DNA of 64,000 nucleotides from an uncultured virus (IMG/VR IMGVR_UViG_3300020200_000019) (IMGVR_UViG_3300020200_000019), one strand, 5' to 3'; counted from the stretch's first letter, positions 7,113-16,740 are shown. The notes: generated by a model from the letters alone, not told the origin. Numbers and translations: made by a program.

Positions 7113-9356
7113 ATGAAGGTGACGATCGACTCGTGGGCCTGGCTCCGCAAGGACGCCCTCACGGTTCCCAAGATCCAAGCCCTGCGGGGGGCGCTCACCG
7201 TGTATCCCCGGAAGGTGGGCGACCATCCGGGTGACCCTCCGGGTCCGGTGTACCTCTACACCGAGACCTCGACGATGCTCGGGGTGGCCCGCGAGTATTT
7301 CGTTGCCCACAACCGGGGCGGTCATGTCATCGAGGACCGGACCACGACCGGCAACGAGAGCCTCTGGCACGGACCCTTCGACTTCGTGGGCGACCTTCGG
7401 GAAGATCAAGAGAAGGCGGTGGATGCCGTCGTAGGCTACCTGCGCGGGGGAGGTCTGGGGGGACTGCTTCAAGCTCCTCCGGGGACAGGAAAGTGCTTGG
7501 GTCGAGGGACGCTGGTCCTGAAGTACGACGGCTCGGTGACTCCCGTGGAGCATCTTCAGGTTGGAGATGTCCTTATGGGGCCGGACAGCCTCCCGCGTTG
7601 TGTTCTTTCGACCACGACGGGGAGTGGCTTGTTGTATAAGATCATTCCGCGACGCGGCGCTCCTTGGGTGTGCAACGATGCCCACATCCTGACGCTCGTG
7701 AACTCCCGGAGCGGGGAAGTTCGGGATGTTCCTCTCGAACAGTACCTATCGTGGACAGCTTCAGCCAAGCGCCCCTGGAAGCAATTTTTTCCTTCCGAGG
7801 GTGTGGTTTTTCCTTCGGCTCCGCCACTTCGCATTGATCCTTATTTTCTCGGCTTTCAGTGGGGGTTGCACGTCCGCGTGGGGAAGGCAAAACCGTTCGA
7901 CGATTTCGGTCTCGGCATCTTGGACTGCTCGCGCGAGGTAGTTGGGGATGCCGCTACGTTTCCGCAGGACTATTTGCGCGCCTCCTTAGAAGATCGCCGC
8001 AGTTTCTTGGCGGGTCTTCTTGACGCGGCTGGGCACCAACATGGTGTAGGCTACGAGATCGTTCAGAAACGACCTGCCTACGCGGAAGGTACTGTTTTTC
8101 TGGCTCGCTCCTTGGGAATAGCCGCCGAAATCCGAGAGAAGCGTGTGAAGGGTGCCTCTTACTGGCGAGTCACCCTGAGCGATGGGTGTGCTCCGTGTAC
8201 GCAGCTTCCGTTGCTTTTCTTGGGTGTGCAACGTATCGCCAAGAAATGTCCCCAGGAGTGTAGACAGAAGAAGGCGGCGACGCGAAGCGGCTTCGCTGTG
8301 GAAGCGATCGGAGAAGGTTCTTTTGTTGGTTTTACGTTGGACGGGGATGGTCGTTTCTTGCTGGGGGACTTCGTGGTGACCCACAACACGGTGATGGCGT
8401 GTGCGACCATGGCGGAGCTTCAGGTTCCTACCCTGGTCGTGGTTCACAAGGAGTTCCTCGTCAACCAGTGGAAGGAGCGGATCGCCCAGTTCCTTCCCAC
8501 CGCGAAGGTGGGCATCGTCCAGCAGGACGATTGTGATTTTGGAGGCAAGAGCATCGCCATCGGCATGATGCAGTCGCTTACCCAGAAGATGTACTCGACC
8601 TTGTTCTACCGTTGGCCGGGCTTGGTGATCTTCGACGAGACCCACCGTATCGGGGCCGCCACCTTCTCCCATGTTCCGCCCAAGTTCGCCGCGCGCTATC
8701 GTCTCGGTCTCACCGCGACCCCTCGGCGTAAGGACGGGGCGGAGAGCGTCTTCTTCTACCACATCGGAAAGGTGCTCCACGCTTCTCAGGAGCAGCGTCT
8801 CCGTCCGAAGGTGAAGCGCGTGTCCACTGGCTTCAAGCTGGTCCGGTCGGGCAACTTCAACCTCTCCCTTGCTCCGAAGTCTCTTCTGCTCAAGTTCCTG
8901 TGCGGGAGCACGCACCGCAACCGCAAGATCTCGGAGACCCTGGTCGAGGCGGTGCAAGCGGGGCGGAAGGTCATCGTGCTCTCGGAGCGTCTGCAACACC
9001 TCGACACCTTGCAGCAGATGTTTCTGACCTTGTGGCAGGAGAAGGGGGGTTCTGAGCCTCCTTCTTGCGGCTCCTACGTGGGCGGGATGAGTCAGGAGGC
9101 GTTGGCGGTAGCGGCGAAGGCGCAGATCATCTTCGCCACCTCCCAGTATGCCCAGGAAGGGTTGGACCTTCCGGCGCTCGATACCCTGTTCCTCACCACC
9201 CCGCTCGCAGATGTCGAGCAGGCGGTGGGGCGCATCCTCCGCCCCCACCCGGACAAGAAGGACCCTATCGTGGTGGACTTTCGGGACGACGAGGTGCCGC
9301 TCTGCAAGAAGTTTGCGGAGATGCGCGAACAACTTTACGAGCGGGTTGCGGCTTGA
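7113..9356 (+). CDS. Superfamily 2 (UvsW/XPB-like) helicase containing an intein
   Basis: LREDQ Q-motif, APPGTGK|T Walker A split by the intein, DETH, LTATP, EGLDLP, QAVGRILR. Confidence 0.92.
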   Translation: MKVTIDSWAWLRKDALTVPKIQALRGALTVYPRKVGDHPGDPPGPVYLYTETSTMLGVAREYFVAHNRGGHVIEDRTTTGNESLWHGPFDFVGDLREDQEKAVDAVVGYLRGGGLGGLLQAPPGTGKCLGRGTLVLKYDGSVTPVEHLQVGDVLMGPDSLPRCVLSTTTGSGLLYKIIPRRGAPWVCNDAHILTLVNSRSGEVRDVPLEQYLSWTASAKRPWKQFFPSEGVVFPSAPPLRIDPYFLGFQWGLHVRVGKAKPFDDFGLGILDCSREVVGDAATFPQDYLRASLEDRRSFLAGLLDAAGHQHGVGYEIVQKRPAYAEGTVFLARSLGIAAEIREKRVKGASYWRVTLSDGCAPCTQLPLLFLGVQRIAKKCPQECRQKKAATRSGFAVEAIGEGSFVGFTLDGDGRFLLGDFVVTHNTVMACATMAELQVPTLVVVHKEFLVNQWKERIAQFLPTAKVGIVQQDDCDFGGKSIAIGMMQSLTQKMYSTLFYRWPGLVIFDETHRIGAATFSHVPPKFAARYRLGLTATPRRKDGAESVFFYHIGKVLHASQEQRLRPKVKRVSTGFKLVRSGNFNLSLAPKSLLLKFLCGSTHRNRKISETLVEAVQAGRKVIVLSERLQHLDTLQQMFLTLWQEKGGSEPPSCGSYVGGMSQEALAVAAKAQIIFATSQYAQEGLDLPALDTLFLTTPLADVEQAVGRILRPHPDKKDPIVVDFRDDEVPLCKKFAEMREQLYERVAA
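7494..8387 (+). mobile_element. Intein (298 aa) with a degenerate LAGLIDADG endonuclease, inserted in the helicase Walker A
   Basis: Starts CLGRGT, block B CNDAH, ends VVTHN followed by T; FLAGLLDAAG motif; visibly more AT-rich than the exteins. Confidence 0.92.
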
Positions 9357-9381
9357 CAATCGCCCCCTTTGTGATAATCCT
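9353..9381 (+). promoter_or_regulatory. Probable sigma70-type promoter (leaderless start at ATG 9389?)
   Basis: TTGACA 9353-9358; AT-rich -10 region gtgataatcct; no SD before ATG 9389. Confidence 0.55.
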
Positions 9382-9388
9382 TGCATTT

Positions 9389-10243
9389 ATGGTGGATAGC
9401 GACGGCTACTTCCGCAACTGGTACGAGAAGAACGGCGACGACCTGAACGAACGTCGTCGCAGTCGCTACCACACCGACTCCGCGTACCGGGCCAAGGTGA
9501 TGGAGCAGAACCGGCAAGCCCGCCAGAAGCGGCGGGCGGATCGGCAATTGCGGACTCAGGCGACCAGGGAGGCCAGGCAGTTCCAACCGATCCGGGCGTG
9601 GCGCGAGGTTTTGATTCCCCTGGAGGTGGAGGGGGAGACCTGCTCGATCCCCATGTTCACCATCGGAGCCCTCGCCGGAGCCTTCGGCAAGTCGGTTCAG
9701 GCGGTGCGACTCTGGGAACGCCAGGGGATTCTGCCCGAGACCCCCCTGCGCAACACGAAGGGGGACCGGCTCTATACGCTGGAGATGATCGAGACCGCCT
9801 TGCGGATGCTCGAAGCCCGAGGCCGGGTGGATTCGGCGGTGACGACCAGGCTCCGTTCTCCCACGGTGGGGAAAGCACGAACCGTTCGGTTCGCAGACGG
9901 CAGCGAGCGGGTGGTCGCCCTCTTTCGGGTCGGCACCCTGGCGCAAGCGGTCGGGCGAACGGTGGTCACGCTGGAGCAGTTGGAGCACCGGGGTATTCTC
10001 CCGGGAACCCCGTTCCGGGCGGGCGGAACGCCGGGCTACCGGCTCTACTCCCGCGAAATGATCGAGGCGGTGCGGAATGCGTTCGAGAAGCGCGGGGGCG
10101 ATGTTCGGGGGGAGGATGAGTGGAAGGGCTTCCGCGCCGACGTGGAAGCCGCGTGGCAGGCGCATGGCGTCCTCGGGGCGACCTTGCTGGACAAGGACAA
10201 GAACAACGGAAAGGAATCGGACGATGGCGAAGACGAAGGGTAG
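9389..10243 (+). CDS. Protein with two tandem MerR-type HTH domains
   Basis: FTIGALAGAFGKSVQAVRLWERQGILP...RLYT and FRVGTLAQAVGRTVVTLEQLEHRGILP...YRLYS. Confidence 0.85.
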   Translation: MVDSDGYFRNWYEKNGDDLNERRRSRYHTDSAYRAKVMEQNRQARQKRRADRQLRTQATREARQFQPIRAWREVLIPLEVEGETCSIPMFTIGALAGAFGKSVQAVRLWERQGILPETPLRNTKGDRLYTLEMIETALRMLEARGRVDSAVTTRLRSPTVGKARTVRFADGSERVVALFRVGTLAQAVGRTVVTLEQLEHRGILPGTPFRAGGTPGYRLYSREMIEAVRNAFEKRGGDVRGEDEWKGFRADVEAAWQAHGVLGATLLDKDKNNGKESDDGEDEG

Positions 10244-10580
10244 CAACGTGCAGCAACAGCAGGAGCAGCTTCCGACGCAGTTGGTGATCTCTCGCACCTT
10301 CAAGAGCCAGAACGGCGAGCAGAACCAGACCGACGAGGAGGTTGTCGCGGTCCACGTCTTCCAGACCGCCTCCGCGAAGGTCCGCGTCAGCATGGGCCTC
10401 ACGGTGAACCTCGGCAACTTCGAGTCGGCACGCTGCGAGGTGGGGGTGGAGATCCCGTGCTACCGGGAGGAGATCGACGACGCTACCCATTTTGCTCGTG
10501 ACTACTGCGAGGCTCGCCTTCAGCAGGAGGTCCAGGCCGTCCAGGCGAAGAAGGCCGACGCGACGAAGCCGATTATCTAG
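10224..10580 (+). CDS. Hypothetical phage protein
   Basis: SD aagga, ATG 10224; GC-biased codon use; VSMGLTVNLGNFESAR segment. Confidence 0.7.
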   Translation: MAKTKGSNVQQQQEQLPTQLVISRTFKSQNGEQNQTDEEVVAVHVFQTASAKVRVSMGLTVNLGNFESARCEVGVEIPCYREEIDDATHFARDYCEARLQQEVQAVQAKKADATKPII

Positions 10581-10594
10581 CCCGGGAGGGCATC

Positions 10595-11803
10595 GTGCCG
10601 AAGAAGAAGCTCTCCTCGGACCCGGAGGCGAGGGCCGCCGGGGACCGGCTGGCGAAGCTGTTGGTGAGCCCAACCGTCGCCGCGATCAAGAAGATGCACG
10701 GCTCCAACATCCTGATCCGGGGGGCGGAATACCGGGTTCAGACCTACTGCCGCCTTCCGTCGGGCATCTTCCCGCTCGACTACGCCCTCGGGGGCGGCTT
10801 CGCGGTGGGGATGGTTCATACCTTCTGGGGGAAGAAGGACAGCGGCAAGACCTCGAAGATCTTGCGGGTCATCGCCAACGCACAGCGCCGCTGCTCGGCG
10901 TGCTTCCGCCTCCGTCCCGAGTGGGCGCACCTGGCTCCCGGCATCCTGGACGGCTCCTCGGTGATCTCGGACTCGGAGCACGTCTGCGCGTGCAAGAAGC
11001 CCCGGGACTTTGTGGTGGTCTACCTCGACATCGAGGGGACGCTTTCGATCCAGTGGGCGAAGGCGTTGGGCGTGGATACGGACCAGATCGTCCTCTCCAA
11101 GCCGGAGTACGCCGAGCAGGGCATCGACGTGGCCGAGGGGATGATGCGGACGGGGGAACTCGACATCCTCGCCCTCGACTCGCTGGCGTTTATGACGCCA
11201 GCGAACGAGATCAAGAAGTCGGCGGTGGATTCCCTGGTCGGGGAACAGGCGCGTAAGCTGGGGACGGGCGTGCGCAAGCTCGTTGCCGCCTTTAACTTCT
11301 GCGAGAACAACTTCCGGCGTCGCCCGACGGTGTTCTTCACCAACCAGGAGCGGATGAAGGTGGGGCTTGTGTTCGGAGATCCCACCACGGTTTCCGGGGG
11401 CATGGCTCCGGGCTTCATCGCCTCGACGGAGGTGAAGTGCTGGCCGGGAAAGTACGTGATGGACACCTACGACCCGAAGAAGAACCCCGAAGGAACCGGG
11501 AGACCGATCTCAGGGAACCTCCAATTCAGGGTGGACAAGAACAAGACCGGCCACCCGAAGATGGAAGGGGAGTACAAGATCGTCCTCTCCGAGACCCCGG
11601 TCAAGAAGAAGGGGGAGGTCGCTGACGAGGATTTCATGGTCGATCTGGCTGAGCGTGTCGGTCTGATCGGGCAGAAGGGAGGCTGGTCTTGTCTCGGAGA
11701 AACCGACCACGGGTCGAAGCTGGCAATCGTAGAGCGGTTGGAGAAGGAGCCGTACTTCAAGGCCCGGCTCCGCGAGTCCTTGCTGAAGGTTCTGAGCAGC
11801 TAG
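10595..11803 (+). CDS. recA: RecA/UvsX recombinase with a Cys-rich insertion
   Basis: PSGIFPLDYALGGG, GKKDSGKT, YLDIEGT, LDSLA, FTNQER, G.P.TVSGG, KNK motifs. Confidence 0.9.
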   Translation: MPKKKLSSDPEARAAGDRLAKLLVSPTVAAIKKMHGSNILIRGAEYRVQTYCRLPSGIFPLDYALGGGFAVGMVHTFWGKKDSGKTSKILRVIANAQRRCSACFRLRPEWAHLAPGILDGSSVISDSEHVCACKKPRDFVVVYLDIEGTLSIQWAKALGVDTDQIVLSKPEYAEQGIDVAEGMMRTGELDILALDSLAFMTPANEIKKSAVDSLVGEQARKLGTGVRKLVAAFNFCENNFRRRPTVFFTNQERMKVGLVFGDPTTVSGGMAPGFIASTEVKCWPGKYVMDTYDPKKNPEGTGRPISGNLQFRVDKNKTGHPKMEGEYKIVLSETPVKKKGEVADEDFMVDLAERVGLIGQKGGWSCLGETDHGSKLAIVERLEKEPYFKARLRESLLKVLSS

Positions 11804-12174
11804 GTCCGAGTCCGCGTTGGCTCACGGACCCGCATTATGATCGCTACCGCCGTTCGCGGAAGCATGAGCAGCGGATCGCCGACGACTTGACGGGAGGTCG
11901 CCGGATCAAGAGGTCCGGCGGGATGGCCTGGTCGCGCGGGGATCCAACTACGGCGGGCGGCGATGTTTCGACCCCCGACCTTCTCTTGGAGCACAAGCGC
12001 ACCGTTCGCGCCTCCCTCGCTGTCCGGCGGGAGTGGTTGGACAAGGTTCGGGAAGGAGCCCAACGGGCGATGAAGGAGCCGGGGATGGTCCTCACCTTCG
12101 AGGAGCCGGGAAAGCCCCCGGACGACTGGATTCTCTTGCCTCTCGCGGTGGCGAAGCGGAGGATGGGTCTGTGA
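11689..12174 (+). CDS. PD-(D/E)xK Holliday-junction resolvase-like nuclease
   Basis: E...SG...GDV...LLEHK motif; SD ggagg 6 nt before TTG; overlaps the recA 3' end. Confidence 0.7.
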   Translation: MSRRNRPRVEAGNRRAVGEGAVLQGPAPRVLAEGSEQLGPSPRWLTDPHYDRYRRSRKHEQRIADDLTGGRRIKRSGGMAWSRGDPTTAGGDVSTPDLLLEHKRTVRASLAVRREWLDKVREGAQRAMKEPGMVLTFEEPGKPPDDWILLPLAVAKRRMGL

Positions 12175-12491
12175 AGGCTCCGGCTATGCTCGCACCCTCC
12201 GACCTCGCGCGCGTCGTGCTTCTGCCGAACCACTCCGGCGGGTACGAGGCGGAGTTCGAGTGTTCGATCTGCGAGGGGGCGATGGGGTGGTCGGAGAACC
12301 GGGGGGCGTGGGTGTGTTGGGATTGTCGGACCCTTCTCTCCACGAAGGGGGCGCAGCAGGTGGCGCGGCAAACGCGCCGCTCCCTGGCGCAACTGAACGC
12401 TGACATCGGAAAACGTCGAGGAGGACTATGGGTTCGTCTGGTCAGCCGGTTTGGAAGAAGGTCTCCTCCACCCCTCCTCCCGGAACCCTGA
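12171..12491 (+). CDS. Zn-ribbon protein
   Basis: CSIC...CWDC; GTGA overlap with the upstream stop. Confidence 0.65.
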   Translation: MKAPAMLAPSDLARVVLLPNHSGGYEAEFECSICEGAMGWSENRGAWVCWDCRTLLSTKGAQQVARQTRRSLAQLNADIGKRRGGLWVRLVSRFGRRSPPPLLPEP

Positions 12492-13318
12492 AGCGCCTGG
12501 TTCGGGAGCACTTCGTCGAGGAGAGCGAAGACCCTCCCATCTCCCAGGTGGGGGAACTCTGGGCCTCCACGTTGCCCGATCTCTGCCCCCGGGAGGAGGT
12601 GCTGTGCGACCTTCTCCAGGTCGTCCGCAAGCGGAAGGTGGACCCCGACCTCGGGCTGATCTTCCTTCACGGCAAGGCGCTCCACTGGGCCTTGCAGACC
12701 CACCTCCTTCCCAAGATCTCCGCCCTCTACGGGCGTTGGTCCTGTGGCGCGTGCGGGCTTGCGGTGGGTGACAAGCACAACCTCCAGCCTCGCCCCGTCG
12801 TCTGCGCCGACTCCGCCTGTCCGTCCCAGAAGTACAAGCGTCGGGAGTTTCACTATCACGAGCTTCGCTACTTCGACGAGAAGCATCGCATCGTGGTCCG
12901 GCCCGACGGCTTCCTGAAGATCGCCCCCTACCCTGACTTCGGGGTGTTGGAGGCGAAATCCATCGGGAAGGCGTGGGAGGTTCGCCAGACCCCGAACGTC
13001 GGTCACGTCATCCAGGCACAGATCGCCATGTGGCAGGCCGACTGCTCCTGGGGAAAGATCCTTTACTGGGAGAAGGGGGCGCAGGGAACCGAGGCGCTGA
13101 TCGAACATCACATTGAGCGGGACGAGGACACCATCGAACAGGTCAAGCAGGTGGCGCGCTCCATCTGGGAAGGTATCCAGCACCGCTCGCTTCCGGCGCG
13201 GGTGTGCGCGGTGGCGAACGCCCCGCGCTCGCAGGGGTGTGTGGTTGCCAAGCCCTGCTTCGCTACGGAGAAGGCGGTCCTCACCCCGGAGGACATTTCC
13301 GGCTTCATGTCTCTATGA
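12428..13318 (+). CDS. Cas4/AddB-like PD-(D/E)xK exonuclease
   Basis: CPR, G..H, PDG, LEAK, QAQIAM and a C-terminal C-x10-C-x5-C cluster; internal CGAC...CADSAC; SD aggagg. Confidence 0.8.
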   Translation: MGSSGQPVWKKVSSTPPPGTLKRLVREHFVEESEDPPISQVGELWASTLPDLCPREEVLCDLLQVVRKRKVDPDLGLIFLHGKALHWALQTHLLPKISALYGRWSCGACGLAVGDKHNLQPRPVVCADSACPSQKYKRREFHYHELRYFDEKHRIVVRPDGFLKIAPYPDFGVLEAKSIGKAWEVRQTPNVGHVIQAQIAMWQADCSWGKILYWEKGAQGTEALIEHHIERDEDTIEQVKQVARSIWEGIQHRSLPARVCAVANAPRSQGCVVAKPCFATEKAVLTPEDISGFMSL

Positions 13319-14142
13319 GCATGATCGGGCATGTACGCATTCGAGGTGACAAGACACGATCGGAGATTGAGCTTGTCCAGCAGGAAGCTGTCGCGCTGCT
13401 TCGTTCACGCGAAGCCGCGCAGGTTATCATTTCTGATCCGCCCTACGGGATCGCATACCACTCGAATCGTCGCGTAGGAAAGAACCCGCACGCTCCGGTG
13501 ACGAACGACTGGAATGTGCAGATCGGCCCGTTTCTCACCGAAGCTGGGCGCGTTCTCGCAGCAGGCGGCGTGCTCTACCTGTTCACTCGATACGACGTGT
13601 ATCCACTGTGGGCCGCCAGCATCGCGCCACCGCTCACGCTCAAGAACGTGATCGTGTGGGTCAAGGACAACCACTCGGCTGGCGATCTCGACGGCGACTT
13701 TGGTAACAAGCACGAGTTCTTGTTGATGATCACGAAAGGCAGGTTCAAGCGGCGCGGCCATCGCTGGTCGAACGTGTGGGAGTTTCCGAGAGTGACGGCG
13801 AAGGTGATGTTGCACCCGACGCAGAAGCCGGTTGAGTTGGTGCAGCGCGCTATCGAGTCGTCGAGCGATCCCGGTGACCTTATAATTGACCCGTTCTGCG
13901 GCAGCGGGACGACGGGCGAAGCTGCACGAAATTGCGGACGCCGCGCTCTGCTCGGCGACGTGGACCCAGCGATGATCAAGATTACGAAACGTCGGCTCGG
14001 GCTTCGCGTTGAGCCCGACGAGCCGCCACCGATTCCGATGCCGGTGAATGAGTGCCCGATCTTTGGTGTAGTGCCGCCCGACCCGTCGCTGTGGGGTGTT
14101 CATCCCGAGGATCTGGCTCATGCTCTCCGACGGAGCCACTGA
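13315..14142 (+). CDS. N4-C/N6-A DNA methyltransferase (beta class)
   Basis: DPPY, HPTQKP, DPFCGSGTT. Confidence 0.93.
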   Translation: MSMIGHVRIRGDKTRSEIELVQQEAVALLRSREAAQVIISDPPYGIAYHSNRRVGKNPHAPVTNDWNVQIGPFLTEAGRVLAAGGVLYLFTRYDVYPLWAASIAPPLTLKNVIVWVKDNHSAGDLDGDFGNKHEFLLMITKGRFKRRGHRWSNVWEFPRVTAKVMLHPTQKPVELVQRAIESSSDPGDLIIDPFCGSGTTGEAARNCGRRALLGDVDPAMIKITKRRLGLRVEPDEPPPIPMPVNECPIFGVVPPDPSLWGVHPEDLAHALRRSH

Positions 14143-14273
14143 TGGAACGTGAAAGTAGTCCATCGACGTGCGTCTACGCCTACGGGGCGCTCGCCCCGAC
14201 GGCAACGCCAACGCTATCCGCACCGGAATACGAGATTGTCTGCGGTGATGCGCTGGGACTTCTGGTAGCCTGA
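14142..14273 (+). pseudogene. 43-codon coupled ORF, possibly a gene remnant
   Basis: TGATG coupling; ends in EIVCGDALGLL, resembling an MTase N-terminus. Confidence 0.3.
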
Positions 14274-14278
14274 GCGCC

Positions 14279-14629
14279 GTGCGCGTCGTGTTCGATCCTC
14301 GGATGGGCCGCCCGCTTCCGACGGGCTTGACGGGGGTGTGTTGCGGTCTCTGCGACCGGCCGCTCGCGCGTTGGGAGTTCCCTGTGGAGGAAGGGGACGG
14401 GCGGTTCTTCTCCTGTGCTCCGTGCTTCCTCTACGCCTCCTTGTGGGGGAAGGACAACCCGGAGGAGGTGGCTCGACTCGCAGCGCACGTCGAATCTTCG
14501 CTAGGTCGCCCGCTACAGCGTCAGGGCGATCGGGTGGTCGGTGAGGATGCTGATCGGCTGGTTTACGGGATCGTGATGGCGGCGGGTGCGGTGGCCCTTC
14601 TCCGGCGGCGGAAGGCTGCTGATGCCTGA
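14279..14629 (+). CDS. Hypothetical Zn-finger protein
   Basis: CGLC...CAPC; preceded by TGGTAGCCT extended -10. Confidence 0.6.
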   Translation: MRVVFDPRMGRPLPTGLTGVCCGLCDRPLARWEFPVEEGDGRFFSCAPCFLYASLWGKDNPEEVARLAAHVESSLGRPLQRQGDRVVGEDADRLVYGIVMAAGAVALLRRRKAADA

Positions 14630-15185
14630 GAGGTCTCAGGTGCGTGTGCTTGGGATCGACCCGGGTTTCGCCTCGGTCGGGTACGCGGTGGTGGTGCTCA
14701 CTCCGACCAAGGAGTTGGTCGCGGAGGTCGGTCTCTTGCGGACCGAGCCTTCCGCGAAGAAGCGAAAGGTGTTGGTGGCCGACGACAACTTCCGCCGGAG
14801 CCAGGAAATCGCGCGAGATCTTCGCCACCTTGTCCGGGACCATCAGATCCAGTTGATCTGCGCCGAGTCGATGAGCTTCCCGCGCAACGCCTCTTCTGCC
14901 GCCAAGGTCGCCCTCTGCTGGGGCGTTCTCGCCTCCCTCTCCCACCAGCTTGGGCTCGCGCTTCTTCAAGCCTCCCCCCAGGAGGTGAAGAAGCGAGTCT
15001 GCGGCAAGCGGGACGCCTCCAAGGAGGAGGTGCAGGAGGCCCTGACGCTCCGCTTCCCCGACCTTCCCGAGAAGCTCGGTTCCGTCCCCGCAAGCCTCCG
15101 AGAGCATCCCTATGACGCGCTGGCCTCCGTCCTGCCCTGCCTAGACAGCGAGACCGTCAAGCTCGCGCGACAGATGTGTGCGTGA
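14622..15185 (+). CDS. ruvC: RuvC Holliday-junction endonuclease
   Basis: VLGIDPG, ICAE, PQEVKK...ASKEEV, HPYDALA. Confidence 0.9.
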   Translation: MPERSQVRVLGIDPGFASVGYAVVVLTPTKELVAEVGLLRTEPSAKKRKVLVADDNFRRSQEIARDLRHLVRDHQIQLICAESMSFPRNASSAAKVALCWGVLASLSHQLGLALLQASPQEVKKRVCGKRDASKEEVQEALTLRFPDLPEKLGSVPASLREHPYDALASVLPCLDSETVKLARQMCA

Positions 15186-15526
15186 TGCGCGGAGTGAACC
15201 GCATCGTCCTTTCCGGCGCGGTGATGGGGCCGGTGCGCTACGCCGCGACCCGCAACGGGATCCCCTCCTGCACGTTCACTGTGCTCACCGAGCGCCACGG
15301 CAACGGCGAGGTGGTGACGGTCCGAACCAAGGTCAACCTCTACGGCGAGGGGTTGGTCCGGTTGTGCAAGAACCGGATCTCGATCAAGAGCTACGTGATC
15401 GTCGAGGGGGAGTTGATGAACCGGGAGGGGGCAGAGAGTTGGTTGGTCGAGGTTCGCGCCAAGGACATCGTGATTCCTCGTGTTCCTGAAACCGAAACAG
15501 AAGGAGAACCACGCGATGAAGGCTGA
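15185..15526 (+). CDS. ssb: Bacterial-type OB-fold SSB/PriB-like protein with no DDDIPF tail
   Basis: MRGVNRIVLSG...VRYAAT.NG...VIVEGEL. Confidence 0.8.
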   Translation: MRGVNRIVLSGAVMGPVRYAATRNGIPSCTFTVLTERHGNGEVVTVRTKVNLYGEGLVRLCKNRISIKSYVIVEGELMNREGAESWLVEVRAKDIVIPRVPETETEGEPRDEG

Positions 15527-16502
15527 CAAGAAGTTCCACGTCATCCCCGGCGGGGCCGTCGCCACCAAGGGTCACTCGAAGAAGCTCCGCGAGCGTGTTC
15601 GGGACGCCGCCGAGCGCGTCAACACCGACTACGTGGATCTCGCCCTGCTCCTCGTGGAGGTGTGGGACACCCCTTCCGAGGACAACAACTCGCTCCCCAT
15701 CTACACCTCCTGGGGCTACGCGACCTTCCACGACTACGCCGAGCAGGAACTTGGCCTCGCGCGCCGCAAGGCCGAACACCTCCGGCACATCGGGGTCTGC
15801 CTCCAAGGAGATCTCGCGGCCCTCGACTCGTCGCTCCGCTCCCGGCTCCTCAAGCTGGGCTGGTCGAAGGTTCGGGAACTGGTCCGGGTTCTCACGGTGA
15901 AGAACGCGAAGAAGTGGCTCGACATGGCGGAGGCCCTGAACTACCAGGAGCTTCTCCTGACCGTCCAGGCCTTCAAGAAGAAGCAGGAGGCGGCGGAGAT
16001 CGAGGCCGAGCAGGGCGGGGATAAGACTGCCCTTCCCTCTCCCTCCACCGTCTACGCCGAGGTGGCGTCGAGCGGCAAGCCGAAGAACGTCTTCGCCAAG
16101 CCGAAGTTCCAAGCTCCTCCCGAAGATGCTTCCGAGACCCTGGACGACAGCGACGACGGGCCGCCCACTATCCCGGCCGTGCCCAAGCTATTTCGCAAGG
16201 ACTTCTCCCTCTACGCCGAGCAGGCGGAGGTGGTGAACATGGCATTGGAACGGGCCTCCCAACTCGCCGAGAGCGACAAGCCCAGCCACCTGCTCACTCT
16301 CATCTGCATCGACTTCCTCGCCACTCAGGACTTGAAGCCTGACGAGGAGCAGAAGCTCCGCTGGCTTGCGCGCATCGAGCATGCCACCGGCCTCCGGCTG
16401 GTCGCGTTCGACGCAGCCTACGAGTTCGTCTACGGGCTCAACACCCTGGAGAAGATCCAGAAGAATGTGGTTGCGATGCACGGGAAGGAGGAGGATCAGT
16501 GA
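15516..16502 (+). CDS. Hypothetical protein, possibly DNA-binding
   Basis: SD aaggag; WGYATFHDYAEQELG and LGWSKVREL segments; strong codon bias. Confidence 0.7.
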   Translation: MKADKKFHVIPGGAVATKGHSKKLRERVRDAAERVNTDYVDLALLLVEVWDTPSEDNNSLPIYTSWGYATFHDYAEQELGLARRKAEHLRHIGVCLQGDLAALDSSLRSRLLKLGWSKVRELVRVLTVKNAKKWLDMAEALNYQELLLTVQAFKKKQEAAEIEAEQGGDKTALPSPSTVYAEVASSGKPKNVFAKPKFQAPPEDASETLDDSDDGPPTIPAVPKLFRKDFSLYAEQAEVVNMALERASQLAESDKPSHLLTLICIDFLATQDLKPDEEQKLRWLARIEHATGLRLVAFDAAYEFVYGLNTLEKIQKNVVAMHGKEEDQ

Positions 16503-16717
16503 ACCTCTCGCTTTCCCCGGAGACCCTTCGCGCTGAGATCGCTTCCATTCGTCACCTCTTGGATGGGGTGATGGAGGCCGCCGAGCAGGTTCCGGTGGAG
16601 GAGTTACCCGCTCCCGAGGAGCGGTTGGAGGATTTCGTGCGCCGGGTGGCGGGGGAACTCGCCCTCGCCGCTCGCAAGTGTCACGGCCTTGCCGAGGTGC
16701 TGTCGGGGGAGTTGTAG
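16499..16717 (+). CDS. Small hypothetical protein
   Basis: SD ggagg, GTGA overlap. Confidence 0.6.
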   Translation: MNLSLSPETLRAEIASIRHLLDGVMEAAEQVPVEELPAPEERLEDFVRRVAGELALAARKCHGLAEVLSGEL

Positions 16718-16740
16718 GCTCCCGATCTCCTTGGTAGGCT
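16712..16740 (+). promoter_or_regulatory. Extended -10 promoter
   Basis: TTGTAG-17 nt-TAGGCT with TGG extension; in-frame GTG 6 nt downstream (16747). Confidence 0.55.

Noticed and set aside
12428..13318. Cas4-like gene as part of a CRISPR-Cas system
   Set aside because: No repeat-spacer array or other cas genes seen; solo Cas4-like nucleases are common in phage recombination modules
14142..14220. VYAYGALAPT recalled the N-terminus of some TnpB/Cas12-like proteins
   Set aside because: Only about 10 residues, with no RuvC domain or element ends; unsupported without a search
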